Assembly: GCA_023150835.1 (NCBI GenBank) | Contig: JAKLKB010000031.1 | Location: 1 to 55,665, forward strand | Source: Myxococcota bacterium | GTDB lineage: Bacteria > Myxococcota_C > UBA6777 | DNA length: 55,665 nt | Reading direction: 5' to 3' | In this document: piece by piece, positions 30,301 to 40,917 of the stretch | Layout: every line of letters starts with the position of its first letter | How positions within the stretch are numbered: position 1 is the stretch's first letter | The notes under the pieces: generated by a model | What the model saw: the letters and a program-made list of their open reading frames with translations, nothing else | The model's database searches: none | What the model was told of the DNA's origin: nothing | Program-made: the position numbers and the translations under genes

Positions 30301-32132
30301 AAAGCATCTTCGTCTTGTTGATGGAGTGCGATGATCTGTTTGCGCAACCAAACGCTTTCTTTTCGGACGGCGCGCATCTCTTCTTGGAGAGCGTCGTTAT
30401 CGCCCTCCTGTTGGGCGTCTTGCAGCGCAGCATTGGCTTTTCGTAAAGCGTCGGCCTCTTCCAAAGAGGCTTTTTGCTGTCGGCGCAGTTCTTCGGCTTC
30501 GTCGCGAGCACGTTTTTGTTCGGAGCGCAAACGCTCGATATCTTCGCGTGATCGCTGTTGTTCGGAGCGCAAACGCTCGGTCTCTTCGCGTGATCGCTGT
30601 TGTTCGGAGCGCAAACGCTCGGTCTCTTCGCGTGATCGCTGTTGTTCGGAGCGCAAACGCTCGGTCTCTTCGCGTGATCGCTGTTGTTCGGAGCGCAAAC
30701 GCTCGGCCTCTTCGCGTGATCGCTGTTGTTCGTTGCGCAAGCGTTCGGCTTCGTCGCGAGCCTGTTGCTGTTCGGAGCGCAAGCGCTCGATCTCGCTTTG
30801 AAGCTGTTTTTTTTCGGTGCGCCAGTTCTGTTCTTCGTCGCGTGAGCGCTTGGGTTCGGCCTCAGTCTCGGGGCGGGAGATGTGGACGGGTTCTCTCGAT
30901 TGGATCAGCGCATCAAGTTCGGCTTGGGCGTTGCGAACGGAGAAAGCACTGGCCTCTTTGTTGGCGATCTTGGACTCGGGCGCACCGAGGGGAACCAGCG
31001 AAGGGAAGGGTGGGAGAGCTTGCATCTCCGAGGTTTTGGGTCGCGGGGGTTCGGAGGAAGTCACCAAAGCCGAAGGGGGTGGCTGAGTGAGCGGGCGTAC
31101 GGGGATGGAGGGATTGGTTTGTGGACGGGGCGGCAGCGGGGCTCCTGTGAGTGATGGAAACGGCGCGAGTCCGCCTGTTTGAGGCGAGAAAGGAGAGTTT
31201 TTGCTAGAGAGGGAAACCGCTCGTAGTTCGGTCGAAGCGGCAGCGGCGATTTCGGGAGAAGAGCCTGCCCATGCGCGCCCAATCGAGGCAGAAGCTCCTG
31301 CGACAGGTAGCGGTGTTTGCACCCCCGAAGCAAGGGAGCTTGTGGAGTGTTGCACAACAAAAGCATCGGTCGCAGCGTTTTCACCCCGCGCCAAGGCGGG
31401 GGCAGGCGTCGGGCGAGCAGGAACTTTCGCGATGATGGTGCGATCCGCATCGTCGAGGTCATCGTCTGAAAACCCCGAAGCTGGCCCTTGATAGATCTGT
31501 CCGGCTCGTTCTTCGATTGCTTCTCGGATGGCGCGGCGGTGCTTTTCTTCGGTGATATCTTCGGCGCTCAACAAGAGATCTCCGTCTTCGTCGTCGAGAT
31601 CGAGCTCTTCTTCTTCCGAACCTTCGGGGACCAACGTGCGATCGACATCCGACGGGCCGCCGCCCAGTTTGGCGCGTTGTCCTGCGGCGGGTAAGTTGGG
31701 GTTGGTGTCGGAGGTTCCTTGTCCCGCACTTGGGCGTTCGGCGGCTTGCGCGGAAAGCATCAATCCCCCCAGCATTCCGAGCAATTCGTCATGGTTCAAT
31801 GGCATCATCAAGTAGCCTTGCGCTCGGGTTCTCAGGCGTTGGTGTTGCGAGAAGCTTTCTTCGGTGGCTTGGGACGAATACAACACCAACGGTATCCCTC
31901 GCAAGCCATCACGCCGCTTGATCCGATTGCACACCGAATAGCCGTTGCGGCGGGGGATCTCGACACGCAGCAAGATCACATCAGGCCGACGGGCCGGATC
32001 TTCTAGCTCGTTGAGAGCGATCAATCCATCCGCGACCAATTCCACTTCGTAACCGCCTTGCAAAAGCACGCGCTGTAACGCTTGGGATGTCGTTTTGTCC
32101 GATTCAATCAGAAGTATCCGCGCCTTTGCCAT
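27384..32132 (-). CDS. AglZ/FrzS-like protein: N-terminal pseudo-receiver domain, Pro-rich linker and very long coiled coil
   Basis: ILLIESD...RPDVILLRVE...NGYSVC..IK...FSQH..L...A.GYL..P, with Arg in place of the phospho-Asp. More than 1000 aa of heptad-rich E/Q/R/L sequence follows. Confidence 0.8.
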   Translation of the reverse strand: MAKARILLIESDKTTSQALQRVLLQGGYEVELVADGLIALNELEDPARRPDVILLRVEIPRRNGYSVCNRIKRRDGLRGIPLVLYSSQATEESFSQHQRLRTRAQGYLMMPLNHDELLGMLGGLMLSAQAAERPSAGQGTSDTNPNLPAAGQRAKLGGGPSDVDRTLVPEGSEEEELDLDDEDGDLLLSAEDITEEKHRRAIREAIEERAGQIYQGPASGFSDDDLDDADRTIIAKVPARPTPAPALARGENAATDAFVVQHSTSSLASGVQTPLPVAGASASIGRAWAGSSPEIAAAASTELRAVSLSSKNSPFSPQTGGLAPFPSLTGAPLPPRPQTNPSIPVRPLTQPPPSALVTSSEPPRPKTSEMQALPPFPSLVPLGAPESKIANKEASAFSVRNAQAELDALIQSREPVHISRPETEAEPKRSRDEEQNWRTEKKQLQSEIERLRSEQQQARDEAERLRNEQQRSREEAERLRSEQQRSREETERLRSEQQRSREETERLRSEQQRSREETERLRSEQQRSREDIERLRSEQKRARDEAEELRRQQKASLEEADALRKANAALQDAQQEGDNDALQEEMRAVRKESVWLRKQIIALHQQDEDAFALYPELLAKALAAQQMDGLQEELERLRHENKALRDPSASTKTPSAKGKAKPTTEQALASEEDDAPTRLSAVATQADGDDSEVPTRILHDAADEDSGESPTRVLFQTHSIDDSTQISSLQDENGRLQRLLQEAQAQHEASQDETNDLYARITDLERERQRLQIEVDAQAEKAAQHARSHSDALSKRGGEVEALEEQLSSLAIEVDDARKQVLFYQGLCNERETMLETQRAELLETQAALEEQIQAACELRGELAGFRTQVHAQSLNDDELLSQLGERERELQSLREEINRLGDDHGYLSSRYREMEAQLDALKQTAREDEHALHSIRIDKERLEKQLHQHADERERLKESHAEERRALLEEHDAAMQVLREELGRLRVDLETARETGYRALSQAETTKHTRIEALESERRALLGKLEKADAAIFEAQEQGHRLKSAQQQLRDEITQLQEDLDASRADARNRLEVEDLLRQQIASLQDQQATLEEELDRAQGKLQNIGDSTEQMEAELVALRHRNVVLEQEKFDVQERTERLESEARSLRELLHAEQHNRLSESEQQERVLDQLHHAEKSLDDWKQRAILLETETFQLKQKTTTQQAELTRLHAEQERLTHQLAAHEEHIETSQITHQSALETERRQAQEVMQHLEREHENAMLRLSAEHQEALRLHQEHSLRQEQALERRFQQQERSFEALLARELDARERQHAEIIAGIRQEHALDVERLLAEQDKDRRQARQTQQEILAEQEISFHSEKRTLREAFQREADALHAAHQQEMEALQIALQEQSHQILAQSEKELRQLRQQIRTQKEESVRDRQAREAEWQAESEKRIEEAERRARLRFEAIIEGLEQRERDLAAQIKKTESALASAREAEQSAALGYNTLQNQVDDLRGKLSDLESLRRHERNQIDLIKREFEQKNRTLEQERDELKSHIEKTSTQSNRLQQQVAQEKAKKDQALDALQHALSMLREREDG
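30500..30794 (-). repeat. 42-bp (two-heptad) coding tandem repeat, about 7 units (ExERLRSEQQRSRE)
   Basis: Near-identical units tcttcgcgtgatcgctgttgttcggagcgcaaacgctcggtc. Confidence 0.9.
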
Positions 32133-32361
32133 GCTTTTCCCACCTTGCGATGCTCGTTTGCACTCTTGTTTCGCCGCCACAGCACCGACCGATCCTATCA
32201 AACCCCCTGCACGCTCGCAAGTGTAGCCCTCACCTAGCCGATCGAAACCGTCTTCTTTCGGGGCAAGTCATCCACCCTCTTGGCTTGTGGCGCGTCTTTC
32301 CTTTAGTATCGTTCTTCTGCTTCGAGACGTTGCCCAACCACCAAACCAAAGGGAGTGTTTC

Positions 32362-33636
32362 ATGGGTATCCTCGCCGAAAAATGGTTCTTCATCCCCACC
32401 CTCCTCGGGATCGTCGGCTTTTTGTTTTACCGCTTTGCAGACTACCTGCAACACAAACACACACAAGACGCCACCCAACCGACCGACCTCGAACAACTCA
32501 CCCCCGAAGTCTACGCGCAAAAAAAAGCGCGCAAGCTCAAACGTACCTCCAGCGCTGTGTGGAAAAACTCGCTCGCATGGGGGCTTCAGTTTGGTTATGT
32601 TCTCCTCGGGATCCCCACCTTGATCAATCTCCTGATCGCTCAAAAGTGGTCGCCCGGGACCATCTACACCACCCTTGGCATCGTGGGTTGGGTGCTCAAT
32701 ATGCTGATCTCCAAGATGTTCTCCTTGTGGAGTCCGACCCTCCCCTTCATCCCACACGCGCATAACCCCCGCAAAACGTGGACTTTTGGGAACGCTGCTT
32801 GGCAGGCTTGGGGGATCGCTTCTTGGTCGCTTCCCGCTTACTTCTTCTTTGCCACCCTCCAACAAAACGGATGGGTCGGCAGTATCGCGATGATCTGGGT
32901 GAGCCAACTGATCCAACTTGTGATCTTTATTTACACCATCAAAAAACAAGCCATCCCCTACCAACAATACCCCGGCCTCAGCACCGAATTCAAAGCCAGC
33001 CTCCACACTTATCTCGAAAAACAAGGCTTTCGAGACGACGAAGTCGGCGTCCTGAAGGGACTCAAGATGGGCCCGAACGCCTTTGCCACCAGTCTCACCC
33101 CCGGGTTTCGCCAGATCGTCATGACCGAAGAACTCGTCGAAGGCTTCCGCGATCCTCAAAACCCCAACTTCAAGCTCAAACTTGACGATAGCGCCCTTGA
33201 GGCCGTGCTCTCCCACGAAGTCGGCCACATCAAAAATCACCACGTCCCCAAATCGATCTTCTGGGGTGGCCTCTTCTCAAGCATCACCACCTTCGCCGTT
33301 TACCAAGTGTTCGGTGCAAAGGGCGGATTCGTTCTATTTGATGCCGAGACATCCCGCCAACTCACCATGTTTTGGGGCCAGTCCGTCCTCAACATCACGC
33401 TTGTCTTTTTGCTCAACTTCATCATGATCGGCATCATTCGTGGCAACGAATACCAAGCCGACACCCATCTCCTCGAAACCAACGGCTGCAAAAAAGGCGA
33501 CCAATTCTTCCACCAGATCCGCCACATCGCACCCGTCCCCAACCATCCCCTCTGGGATCGCTGCAACGCCACACACCCCGCCCCCGAAGACCGCGAACAA
33601 CGCATCAAAGAATGGCAATCCAAACATTGCAAGTGA
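32362..33636 (+). CDS. M48 family (Ste24/HtpX-like) membrane zinc metalloprotease
   Basis: Multiple TM helices, PNAFA, AVLSHEVGH, EYQAD and THPAPEDR. Confidence 0.88.
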   Translation: MGILAEKWFFIPTLLGIVGFLFYRFADYLQHKHTQDATQPTDLEQLTPEVYAQKKARKLKRTSSAVWKNSLAWGLQFGYVLLGIPTLINLLIAQKWSPGTIYTTLGIVGWVLNMLISKMFSLWSPTLPFIPHAHNPRKTWTFGNAAWQAWGIASWSLPAYFFFATLQQNGWVGSIAMIWVSQLIQLVIFIYTIKKQAIPYQQYPGLSTEFKASLHTYLEKQGFRDDEVGVLKGLKMGPNAFATSLTPGFRQIVMTEELVEGFRDPQNPNFKLKLDDSALEAVLSHEVGHIKNHHVPKSIFWGGLFSSITTFAVYQVFGAKGGFVLFDAETSRQLTMFWGQSVLNITLVFLLNFIMIGIIRGNEYQADTHLLETNGCKKGDQFFHQIRHIAPVPNHPLWDRCNATHPAPEDREQRIKEWQSKHCK

Positions 33637-33801
33637 TACCCCCCATATCACGTCAACGACCCACACCGAAAGGGGTGGGCTTGTGAGAGCAAGCCCCGTT
33701 GACCCCCCCCCAACGAGTCTGCCGAGATTTCGGCGGTGATCAACGAGGTTTTCTTGCCCTGCACCGCTGCTCTATCTGTCCACAGACCACGCAGATATCT
33801 C

Positions 33802-33830
33802 TTGACAGATCCGCGCTGTTGTGCTACACA
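33802..33830 (+). promoter_or_regulatory. Putative sigma70 promoter of tRNA-Val
   Basis: TTGACA, a 17-bp spacer, then TACACA preceded by an extended TG, ending 17 bp before the tRNA. Confidence 0.5.
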
Positions 33831-33847
33831 CTCAATCCGTTCTTTTT

Positions 33848-33920
<73 letters not shown>

Positions 33921-33936
33921 CAATCTTTTCCCCTCC

Positions 33937-33963
33937 AAAGCGACACCTCTTGTCGCTTTTTTT
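33937..33963 (+). terminator. Intrinsic terminator after tRNA-Val
   Basis: AAAGCGACA-cctct-TGTCGCTTT hairpin followed by a T tract. Confidence 0.8.
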
Positions 33964-34016
33964 GTTTCTCCCCCTCTGCTCTCTTTTGGTTGATGTTCCA
34001 CGAAAAAAAGGAATGA

Positions 34017-34128
34017 TACGAGATCCGCAAGATGTGTGATCGAAGGATCGTGCGTAGATGCCCTACGGTTGGGCAACCACACCTGTCTGCCCCTACGTTT
34101 TACGATCACACGATGGGCGGATCTCGTA
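34017..34128 (-). mobile_element. MITE-A copy with TSD TGA
   Basis: TGA|TACGAGATCCG...CGGATCTCGTA|TGA with a perfect 11-bp TIR. Nearly identical to 42560-42671. Confidence 0.9.
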
Positions 34129-34151
34129 TGACGCGGTGGCTCGATCGGCGA

Positions 34152-37100
34152 TCAGGAGACGGGATGGCGAGGAAGGATCGCGTCTTGGTGTTCAAGGACG
34201 ATGGTGGGGGCGGGTTCACGGAGCTTTCCGTCAGAGGTGAGTTCATAATGAAGGGCTCTGAGTTGTGCGCCGGGGGCGTGGACAGAGACACGAACGCGAT
34301 CTTTTTCGACCCAGTACTCGGCATAACGCTCGGAGGTTGCGGCTCCCGGAGTGACGATCTCAAAGCCGCGAAGATAAAAGCCAAGCCATTCTTCGATCTT
34401 GGAGCGAACCAAACGCACGCCTGATTTTTGTAAGAAAAAGACGAGATGTTGATCGCAAGCGCTCTGTTGATCGAGCGTAAGGCGAAGAGCGCCTTGGGAT
34501 GGGGTGGAGAGAGAGCGCAAAGACGCCAGCAGCCAGCCGTTTTCCAGTTCATAGCGCAAGCGCAAGCGATAGAGGGTGGTTTGCTCTTGGCGGATCTCCA
34601 AAAAGGCGTCAAGGTGGGTGCGATCCGTGTCGATCTCTTCGCAAACAAAGCGCAGCCCGCTGTGTTCGAAGGCTGGATCGCGATGCAATGCGGCGATCAG
34701 ATCGCGGTCCACAAAGCGCCGAACATCCTCGGCGACGTGGTGCAGATCGTGGTGGACGCGATGGACTTTGTCTTCGTCGTAGTACAAAAAGCTTTTCTTG
34801 TAGGCTTTGAACAGTTTTTCATAGGCACGCGGCAAAGTGCCCGAGTGAAAGCCTCGCCGCAACAGCGCGTCGACCGTTTCGCCGTGCGATCCCACCCGAA
34901 CAGCGGCAGGAGACGCAGGCTGATTGGCGCGAAACAGCTTCCAGTTTTCTTTGAGTTCCCACGCCAAGAATCCGCAAAGCCCGGGCAGCCCGAATTGAAA
35001 AAACAAGCCGACGATCCAGATCACAGAGCGAGCAAAACCCGCACTTTCCATCACGGTGATGATCACGATGGTGGCAGGGATCAGGAGTTTGTGAGAGATC
35101 GTGACGATCGGAAAGTGTTTCACGGGGTTGAGTTGCGGTTCTGCGACGAGATTCACGCTGAGTCGGATCAGGTAGGTCACACCAAACCACAGACTTTGGA
35201 GGATGCTTTTGATCCAGATGACTGCGCGGCCTTCGCCTTCATGGAAACGCAACATATCGTCCACCCGATAGATCGCGTAATCAAGCGCGATCAAGAAACG
35301 GCGAAAGACCTCCAAAGTCCAACGGATCAAACCGACCACGAGGTGATCACGGATCTGCGACCATAAAGCGAGCAGACGATACGCCAGCCAGTCCCAAACC
35401 GCCCGTCCGATCGTTGTATTCAACAAGAAGTACAAAAATCCCGCCCACACCAATACGCTCAAAAACTGCCATCCAAAGGGCACCTGATAATGCAGGATCT
35501 GCGGATACAGATTGCGCATCGTCACACGCCACGCGGTACTTCCGACGAATGTAAAGGCCAGCGCCACAAATACAGGCAGCACGATGTGGCGATACACAAA
35601 AAAAGCCCGAGGATGCGTCAAGACCAGTTGTAGCCAAGGGTGACGGTACAGCCAACGCGGTCCCTCGATAAACAAAAAGCGCAAGGCCATACCGAAGCTC
35701 GACAAGATCCGCCGAAACAGATCCCAACCTGTTTCGGTGTGCATCACGCCATACATCAAAAGACCGAGGACAAGCACACTTTGAAAGCCGACATAGTCCC
35801 ACAGATGAACCTTCGGTAGCTTCAGGCTGTAAAGCGTCGCATCCATCACCCAAACAGGTACGCTTTCCCGAACGACGAGGATATCGCTATAAGAAAAATA
35901 AAACAGGATGTGGTTGCGCAAAAAGGCGTTGAAGTACTCGACCACGATCCCAAACGTCATCAAAAGCGCAACGGCCCCACCAAAGGGCAACAGCAGATTC
36001 AGACAGAACCAACGCCCCCAGATCGTGCCAAAAGCCAGCGCCGAAAACCGTTGGTTCAGGCGAAGGTAGATCTCACCCGAGCGATAGATATCGTGAAAAC
36101 GCGGCTGTAAGGCTTCGTTGAGCTTGATCAAGATATCACCATGAAGAAAGTCACGCCACGTCGAGGTGGGAAGGCGAAGATCGTTGCGGCTGATCACATC
36201 GCGCATATCAGAGAAACTAAACTGGCCCCTGCGCACCACAAGATCCATCAAGTCGTCGCGGATACGCGCTTGGGCGACTTCTTCACGCAACGAAGCTGGG
36301 ACCAATCCGACTTTGTTCATCGCCTCGATCAATCGAGGCCCAAAGGTTTCGCGGACGCTTTGTTCGATGTAGTGGTTGGCTTGATGGATCGGGATCAACA
36401 AGCGTTCAAGGCGTTGTTCGGGCAGAGGGAGCCCTTCGAGGCGACGCAACGTCACTTGGAGATAGTGCATCGCACGGATCATCCCGTAATGATCGAGCGG
36501 GATCTGGAGGGGGACTTGCCCTTTGTGGCGGATCCATCGGGCAAGCCGCGTGACAAAAAACAAACGCTCTCGATCAAGATAACTGCGTTGCATGGATTTT
36601 AAACTGGCCGCTGCGAGCCGTCCAAGTCGCGACGACAACGGCACAGAAAGCAAAAGCGCGATCAGTTCGGACAAACTGCGCAAAGCAGGTCCTTGGGTTG
36701 GATAATGTTCGCAAAAGCGCGTCAATAGGGTATTTTGGTAGCTTTGCTGTTGAACGATCAGCTCGTTTAAAAACCCACGACTGGCCTCATCTGCGACCAT
36801 CCCGCGAAAAAAACGGATGGCTTCGCCGCATTGAAGGGCAGCTTCGGCCTCGTTTCCGCGCCATTCTTCTGCAATGGCCCATCGATAGGAATGAACGAAC
36901 TCAAACACTTGTGTGCGCAAAGCTTGTCGCGCCGCAAAGCGCAGCAGAAACATCTGGAGCTTCGATGGACTCGGCGGGTTCGCGGTTTCGGCAGCATCTT
37001 GGGCCTCAGCATGACGATGCGTACGCGTCAAAAACGGCATCACAGAGATCCAGCGCCCCCAAACACGCACTTGAAACCACCACCACAACGACGAGATAAC

Positions 37101-38390
37101 CAGCCTCGTCAACTCCAACGCGGCGCTACGTTTTCGCAGATGTTGGCTTTTTTCGGCACTGGCATCTCGCAAAAGACGTGCTTCGCGTTGGCATCGCTCG
37201 CTGGCTCGGCGCAGATCTTCTTCGTCGAGGTACGACAGCCAAGCAGGGCGGCACCAAGCAGGGAGGGCGTGGGCGTCGCATGGATACGCCGTTTTTTCAA
37301 GCGAGCGAACAGCTTGAACCTCGGAAGCATCGGCCGCAGAGAGCGCAAGGTGCTCCACCGAAGTGACCGACAGATCCGCAGGGATGAGGACGTGGTGAGA
37401 AGCAGGAGCCTCCGCGATCTTGTCGGCAGGATCGGAGTCTTCATCCCCTTGTTCAAGATGACGAGACCACCACTGCAACGCGATCTCGGCCTTGTCCTCG
37501 TTGCGAACAGGCGTCGAAAAGTGCGCAGTATCGGCCATCGAAAGCAACATCGCGCAGCGATCTTCGCCTCGTGCCAACTGCCGAGGGATCGGCGTTTCGA
37601 CTGCGGGGCAGCACGCGGAAACGATATCTTCGATCGGAAGGCCCACTTCACGCAGCCAAGCATCTAACGCTCCTGCGTGGATGCTTGGGAACAACTCTGC
37701 ACGCCAAGAAGATGCAAAGACCCCAAGACCCGCCCACCACGCAACGACCGTTGTCGCGACCTCTTCGTCGTCCAGAGCATCTACCAAAAAACGTTCGCGA
37801 GAAAAAAAACCGCGCATCCCTTCAAACGCCGTGTGTCCAATCACAGCCCGAAGCCCTGCGGCCCTTCGATCCAGCCGTTCCCAAGCCCCCATCAACGCTC
37901 CGATGCTGCACCAAGACCAATAACGCCACCAGATATGCGCCGCAGGCGCTCGCTTGAGTTGGCGATGCGTCAACTCTTCGATCAACAAGACCTTTGATGG
38001 AAGTGTTTTGCCAAGGATTCCTTTGGCGAGCTCGGGTTCTTCTTCTTCGAGGATCTGCACAAATGCAGCAGAATCCATCCGAACTACGGGCGATTCGGGC
38101 GGGGGTTCTAGGCGTTTTAATCCAAAGTGGTGCAAAAAGATACGCCGCCGCGAACGCTGATGAAATACAAACACCCCTTTTTCGGGCGACTGGATCACAG
38201 CACGAAGCTGCTCGCTCGTCAGATGCGTCGAAGGATGAGGAGAAATGGATCCTTGCAAGCGCGACACGTCCAAATTCGTCGAAATGTCTGGGTGGGCGGT
38301 AGGCTCGGTCAACCGTGAAGGCGATGCGGGGCTTGAAGATGGCGGCGTTTCAACATCCGCCGAGCGAAGGTGCGGGGATTTTTCGGACAT
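34152..38390 (-). CDS. Large hypothetical membrane protein (1412 aa)
   Basis: Uninterrupted ORF with a soluble helical N-half and several TM segments. Conserved-looking motifs EPQLNPVKHFPIVTISHK, WELKENWKLF and GFHSGTLP. Confidence 0.85.
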   Translation of the reverse strand: MSEKSPHLRSADVETPPSSSPASPSRLTEPTAHPDISTNLDVSRLQGSISPHPSTHLTSEQLRAVIQSPEKGVFVFHQRSRRRIFLHHFGLKRLEPPPESPVVRMDSAAFVQILEEEEPELAKGILGKTLPSKVLLIEELTHRQLKRAPAAHIWWRYWSWCSIGALMGAWERLDRRAAGLRAVIGHTAFEGMRGFFSRERFLVDALDDEEVATTVVAWWAGLGVFASSWRAELFPSIHAGALDAWLREVGLPIEDIVSACCPAVETPIPRQLARGEDRCAMLLSMADTAHFSTPVRNEDKAEIALQWWSRHLEQGDEDSDPADKIAEAPASHHVLIPADLSVTSVEHLALSAADASEVQAVRSLEKTAYPCDAHALPAWCRPAWLSYLDEEDLRRASERCQREARLLRDASAEKSQHLRKRSAALELTRLVISSLWWWFQVRVWGRWISVMPFLTRTHRHAEAQDAAETANPPSPSKLQMFLLRFAARQALRTQVFEFVHSYRWAIAEEWRGNEAEAALQCGEAIRFFRGMVADEASRGFLNELIVQQQSYQNTLLTRFCEHYPTQGPALRSLSELIALLLSVPLSSRLGRLAAASLKSMQRSYLDRERLFFVTRLARWIRHKGQVPLQIPLDHYGMIRAMHYLQVTLRRLEGLPLPEQRLERLLIPIHQANHYIEQSVRETFGPRLIEAMNKVGLVPASLREEVAQARIRDDLMDLVVRRGQFSFSDMRDVISRNDLRLPTSTWRDFLHGDILIKLNEALQPRFHDIYRSGEIYLRLNQRFSALAFGTIWGRWFCLNLLLPFGGAVALLMTFGIVVEYFNAFLRNHILFYFSYSDILVVRESVPVWVMDATLYSLKLPKVHLWDYVGFQSVLVLGLLMYGVMHTETGWDLFRRILSSFGMALRFLFIEGPRWLYRHPWLQLVLTHPRAFFVYRHIVLPVFVALAFTFVGSTAWRVTMRNLYPQILHYQVPFGWQFLSVLVWAGFLYFLLNTTIGRAVWDWLAYRLLALWSQIRDHLVVGLIRWTLEVFRRFLIALDYAIYRVDDMLRFHEGEGRAVIWIKSILQSLWFGVTYLIRLSVNLVAEPQLNPVKHFPIVTISHKLLIPATIVIITVMESAGFARSVIWIVGLFFQFGLPGLCGFLAWELKENWKLFRANQPASPAAVRVGSHGETVDALLRRGFHSGTLPRAYEKLFKAYKKSFLYYDEDKVHRVHHDLHHVAEDVRRFVDRDLIAALHRDPAFEHSGLRFVCEEIDTDRTHLDAFLEIRQEQTTLYRLRLRYELENGWLLASLRSLSTPSQGALRLTLDQQSACDQHLVFFLQKSGVRLVRSKIEEWLGFYLRGFEIVTPGAATSERYAEYWVEKDRVRVSVHAPGAQLRALHYELTSDGKLREPAPTIVLEHQDAILPRHPVS

Positions 38391-38508
38391 ACTAGAAGCC
38401 TTCCTTTTCCATGCGGCGATCTCGCCGTTGTTTTTTGCGATCGCGCTTCTCCGCGATCTTCGTCCCCCTCTTGTTCAAAACGGCCCTTGCAACCGCGATC
38501 ATCAGAGT

Positions 38509-40896
38509 TTAGGAATGGACCGCAGCAGCTCGTCGTCGGGCTGCTTTTCGACGCGGCGGAGATTCTTGGGGCACGTCGAAGGTAAATGCGAAATTGTCTT
38601 CTTGGACATCGACATCCACGCGCCCGCCCTGCCGCAGCGGGCCAAACAACAGCGCATCGCTTAACGGGATCTTCAGTTGTTCGCGGATCACACGCGCCAA
38701 CGGACGCGCACCCATCGCAGGATCATAACCAAGCGCAGCAAGCCGCGTCTTGGCCTCTTGCGAGATTTGAAGTTGCACGCCTTGTTGTGCAAGCTGTGCG
38801 CGCAGTTTGTCCGTAAACTTCGCCACGATCTGCTCCATCACATCGCGTTGAAGCGGCGCAAATCGGATGCGTGCATCCAGCCGATTGCGAAACTCTGGGC
38901 TAAAAGCCGCACGATACGCCTGTTCGTCCGAAAGGCTTTGTTCACGTGAACCAAAACCGATCGGCGAGGATGTCGCTTCGCGAGCGCCGATATTCGAGGT
39001 CATGATCAAGATGACGTGCCGAAAATCCGTGCTGCGCCCGTTGTGGTCCGTCAATTTCCCATAATCCATCACTTGCAGCAAGATGTGGAAAAGTTCAGGG
39101 TGGGCTTTTTCGATCTCGTCGAGCAAGATCACGGCGTAGGGGGATTGGTGGACAGCATCGGTTAATAGCCCTCCTTGCTCAAACCCGACATAGCCGGGGG
39201 GCGCACCGATCAAACGGCTCACCGCGTGGCGCTCCATGTACTCGGACATATCGAAACGCAACAGCGGAACCCCTAGTGTTTTGGCGAGTTGACGTGCCAC
39301 TTCTGTTTTTCCAACCCCTGTCGGCCCCGTAAACAAAAAGCTGCCAAGGGGTTTTTCTTGTTCCGAAAGACCTGCCCTTGCGAGTTTGACCGCAGACACG
39401 ACTTGCATCACGGCCTCATCCTGACCAAACACCGCACCTTTCAGATCAGCCTCAAGGGACTGCAAGCGTTGTCGATCCGTCGTGCTGACTTCCGCCGCAG
39501 GGATGCGTGCGATCCGAGCAACCACGCGCTGCACAGCCTCTTCGGTCACGATTGGACGGGCCTTTCGATGCAGCTTGGTCCACGCCCCCGCCTCGTCTAA
39601 CAAATCGATGGCTTTGTCGGGCAGCTTTCGTTCGTGCAGATAGCGCACAGACAAATAGACGGATTCTTCGAGGGATTCTTTGGTGTAATGGACCTTATGG
39701 AATTCTTCGTAGCTGCGTTGCAATCCGCGCAAGATCAACAGCGTTTCATCGATCGACGGTTCGCCCACATCGATGCGCTGAAAGCGCCGCGCCAGCGCCC
39801 GATCCTTTTCGATATGTTGGCGGAACTCCTTGTAAGAAGTGCTCCCCATACAACGCAGCCGCCCCGATGTTAGCGCAGGTTTTAACATATTTGCCGCGTC
39901 GACCGTCGATCCCGAAGTGGCTCCCGCACCGATGATGCTGTGGATCTCGTCGATATAAAGGATGGCGTGGGGCTGACGTTCCAAAGCCCGCAACACTTGT
40001 TTAAACCGCGATTCAAAGTCCCCCCGATAGCGCGTTCCCGCCAACAAAGCCCCCATGTCCAAGCTGTAGATCGCCGCCCGCTTGAGGGAGTCAGGAACAT
40101 CACCCGCAACGATACGTTGCGCAAGTCCTTCGGCCATCGCGGTCTTGCCGACGCCTGATTCTCCCACAAACAACGGGTGATTTTTGCGGCGACGCGCCAA
40201 CACTTGAATCGCTCGCTCCAATTCTTCTTCTCGCCCCACCAGCGGATCAAGCTTTCCCAGCGCCGCCATCCGATTCAATAAGACGGCGTAAGCCTCCAGC
40301 GGATCGACGTCTTCTTCTTTGGTCTTGTTGTTTTCTTCGGGAACAGGTGGCGGAGGCTCCACCAGCCAAGGGTTGCCCTCCTCTTCGTCGCTCGCTTCGT
40401 TGTCTTCGTCGCCGTAACCGTCGTCTTCTCCGTCGCCATCGTCCTCTTCAAACGATGGCTCGCCGTGAAGTTCTTCGTACAGACTCAAGGCCAACATGAT
40501 ATCAAGGCGCGTCAAACCAAGCCGCTCAAACAATCCCACCGCGAAGCTTTGGGGTTCATCAAACAGCGAAACCAGCACAACACCTCGCGTCACTTCGATC
40601 TGCTCGTCCTGATGGGCGCGTTGGACCGCACGATTCAGAACGCGGCGCAATCCATCGGAAGGACGGGGATCCACATCATGGTTTCTCGGTGCGGGATTGA
40701 CGCGTTTGTCAAGAAAATGCAGCAGCTCGTCCTTCATCAAATCCACGGGTACACCCGCATATTCCAACACCGCATGGATCTCTTCGTTGAGCAACATCGC
40801 ATAAAGCAGATGCTCGATCCCGATGTACTCGTGACGCCGTTCGCGTGCGTCTTGAAAAGCGGTATCGATGGCGACTTGGATATCTTGCGATAACAT
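38509..40896 (-). CDS. clpA: ATP-dependent Clp protease ATP-binding subunit ClpA
   Basis: Clp N-domain ([11 protein letters not shown]) and two AAA modules ([16 protein letters not shown]) with no ClpB-type middle coiled coil. Has an IGF loop and lies next to clpS. Confidence 0.95.
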   Translation of the reverse strand: MLSQDIQVAIDTAFQDARERRHEYIGIEHLLYAMLLNEEIHAVLEYAGVPVDLMKDELLHFLDKRVNPAPRNHDVDPRPSDGLRRVLNRAVQRAHQDEQIEVTRGVVLVSLFDEPQSFAVGLFERLGLTRLDIMLALSLYEELHGEPSFEEDDGDGEDDGYGDEDNEASDEEEGNPWLVEPPPPVPEENNKTKEEDVDPLEAYAVLLNRMAALGKLDPLVGREEELERAIQVLARRRKNHPLFVGESGVGKTAMAEGLAQRIVAGDVPDSLKRAAIYSLDMGALLAGTRYRGDFESRFKQVLRALERQPHAILYIDEIHSIIGAGATSGSTVDAANMLKPALTSGRLRCMGSTSYKEFRQHIEKDRALARRFQRIDVGEPSIDETLLILRGLQRSYEEFHKVHYTKESLEESVYLSVRYLHERKLPDKAIDLLDEAGAWTKLHRKARPIVTEEAVQRVVARIARIPAAEVSTTDRQRLQSLEADLKGAVFGQDEAVMQVVSAVKLARAGLSEQEKPLGSFLFTGPTGVGKTEVARQLAKTLGVPLLRFDMSEYMERHAVSRLIGAPPGYVGFEQGGLLTDAVHQSPYAVILLDEIEKAHPELFHILLQVMDYGKLTDHNGRSTDFRHVILIMTSNIGAREATSSPIGFGSREQSLSDEQAYRAAFSPEFRNRLDARIRFAPLQRDVMEQIVAKFTDKLRAQLAQQGVQLQISQEAKTRLAALGYDPAMGARPLARVIREQLKIPLSDALLFGPLRQGGRVDVDVQEDNFAFTFDVPQESPPRRKAARRRAAAVHS

Positions 40897-40917
40897 GGGC
40901 TTCCTCATGGATAGAGG

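Noticed and set aside
22389-31815. Numerous long plus-strand ORFs opposite the surface protein and coiled-coil genes
   Set aside because: Antisense shadow ORFs caused by codon bias, with no protein motifs.
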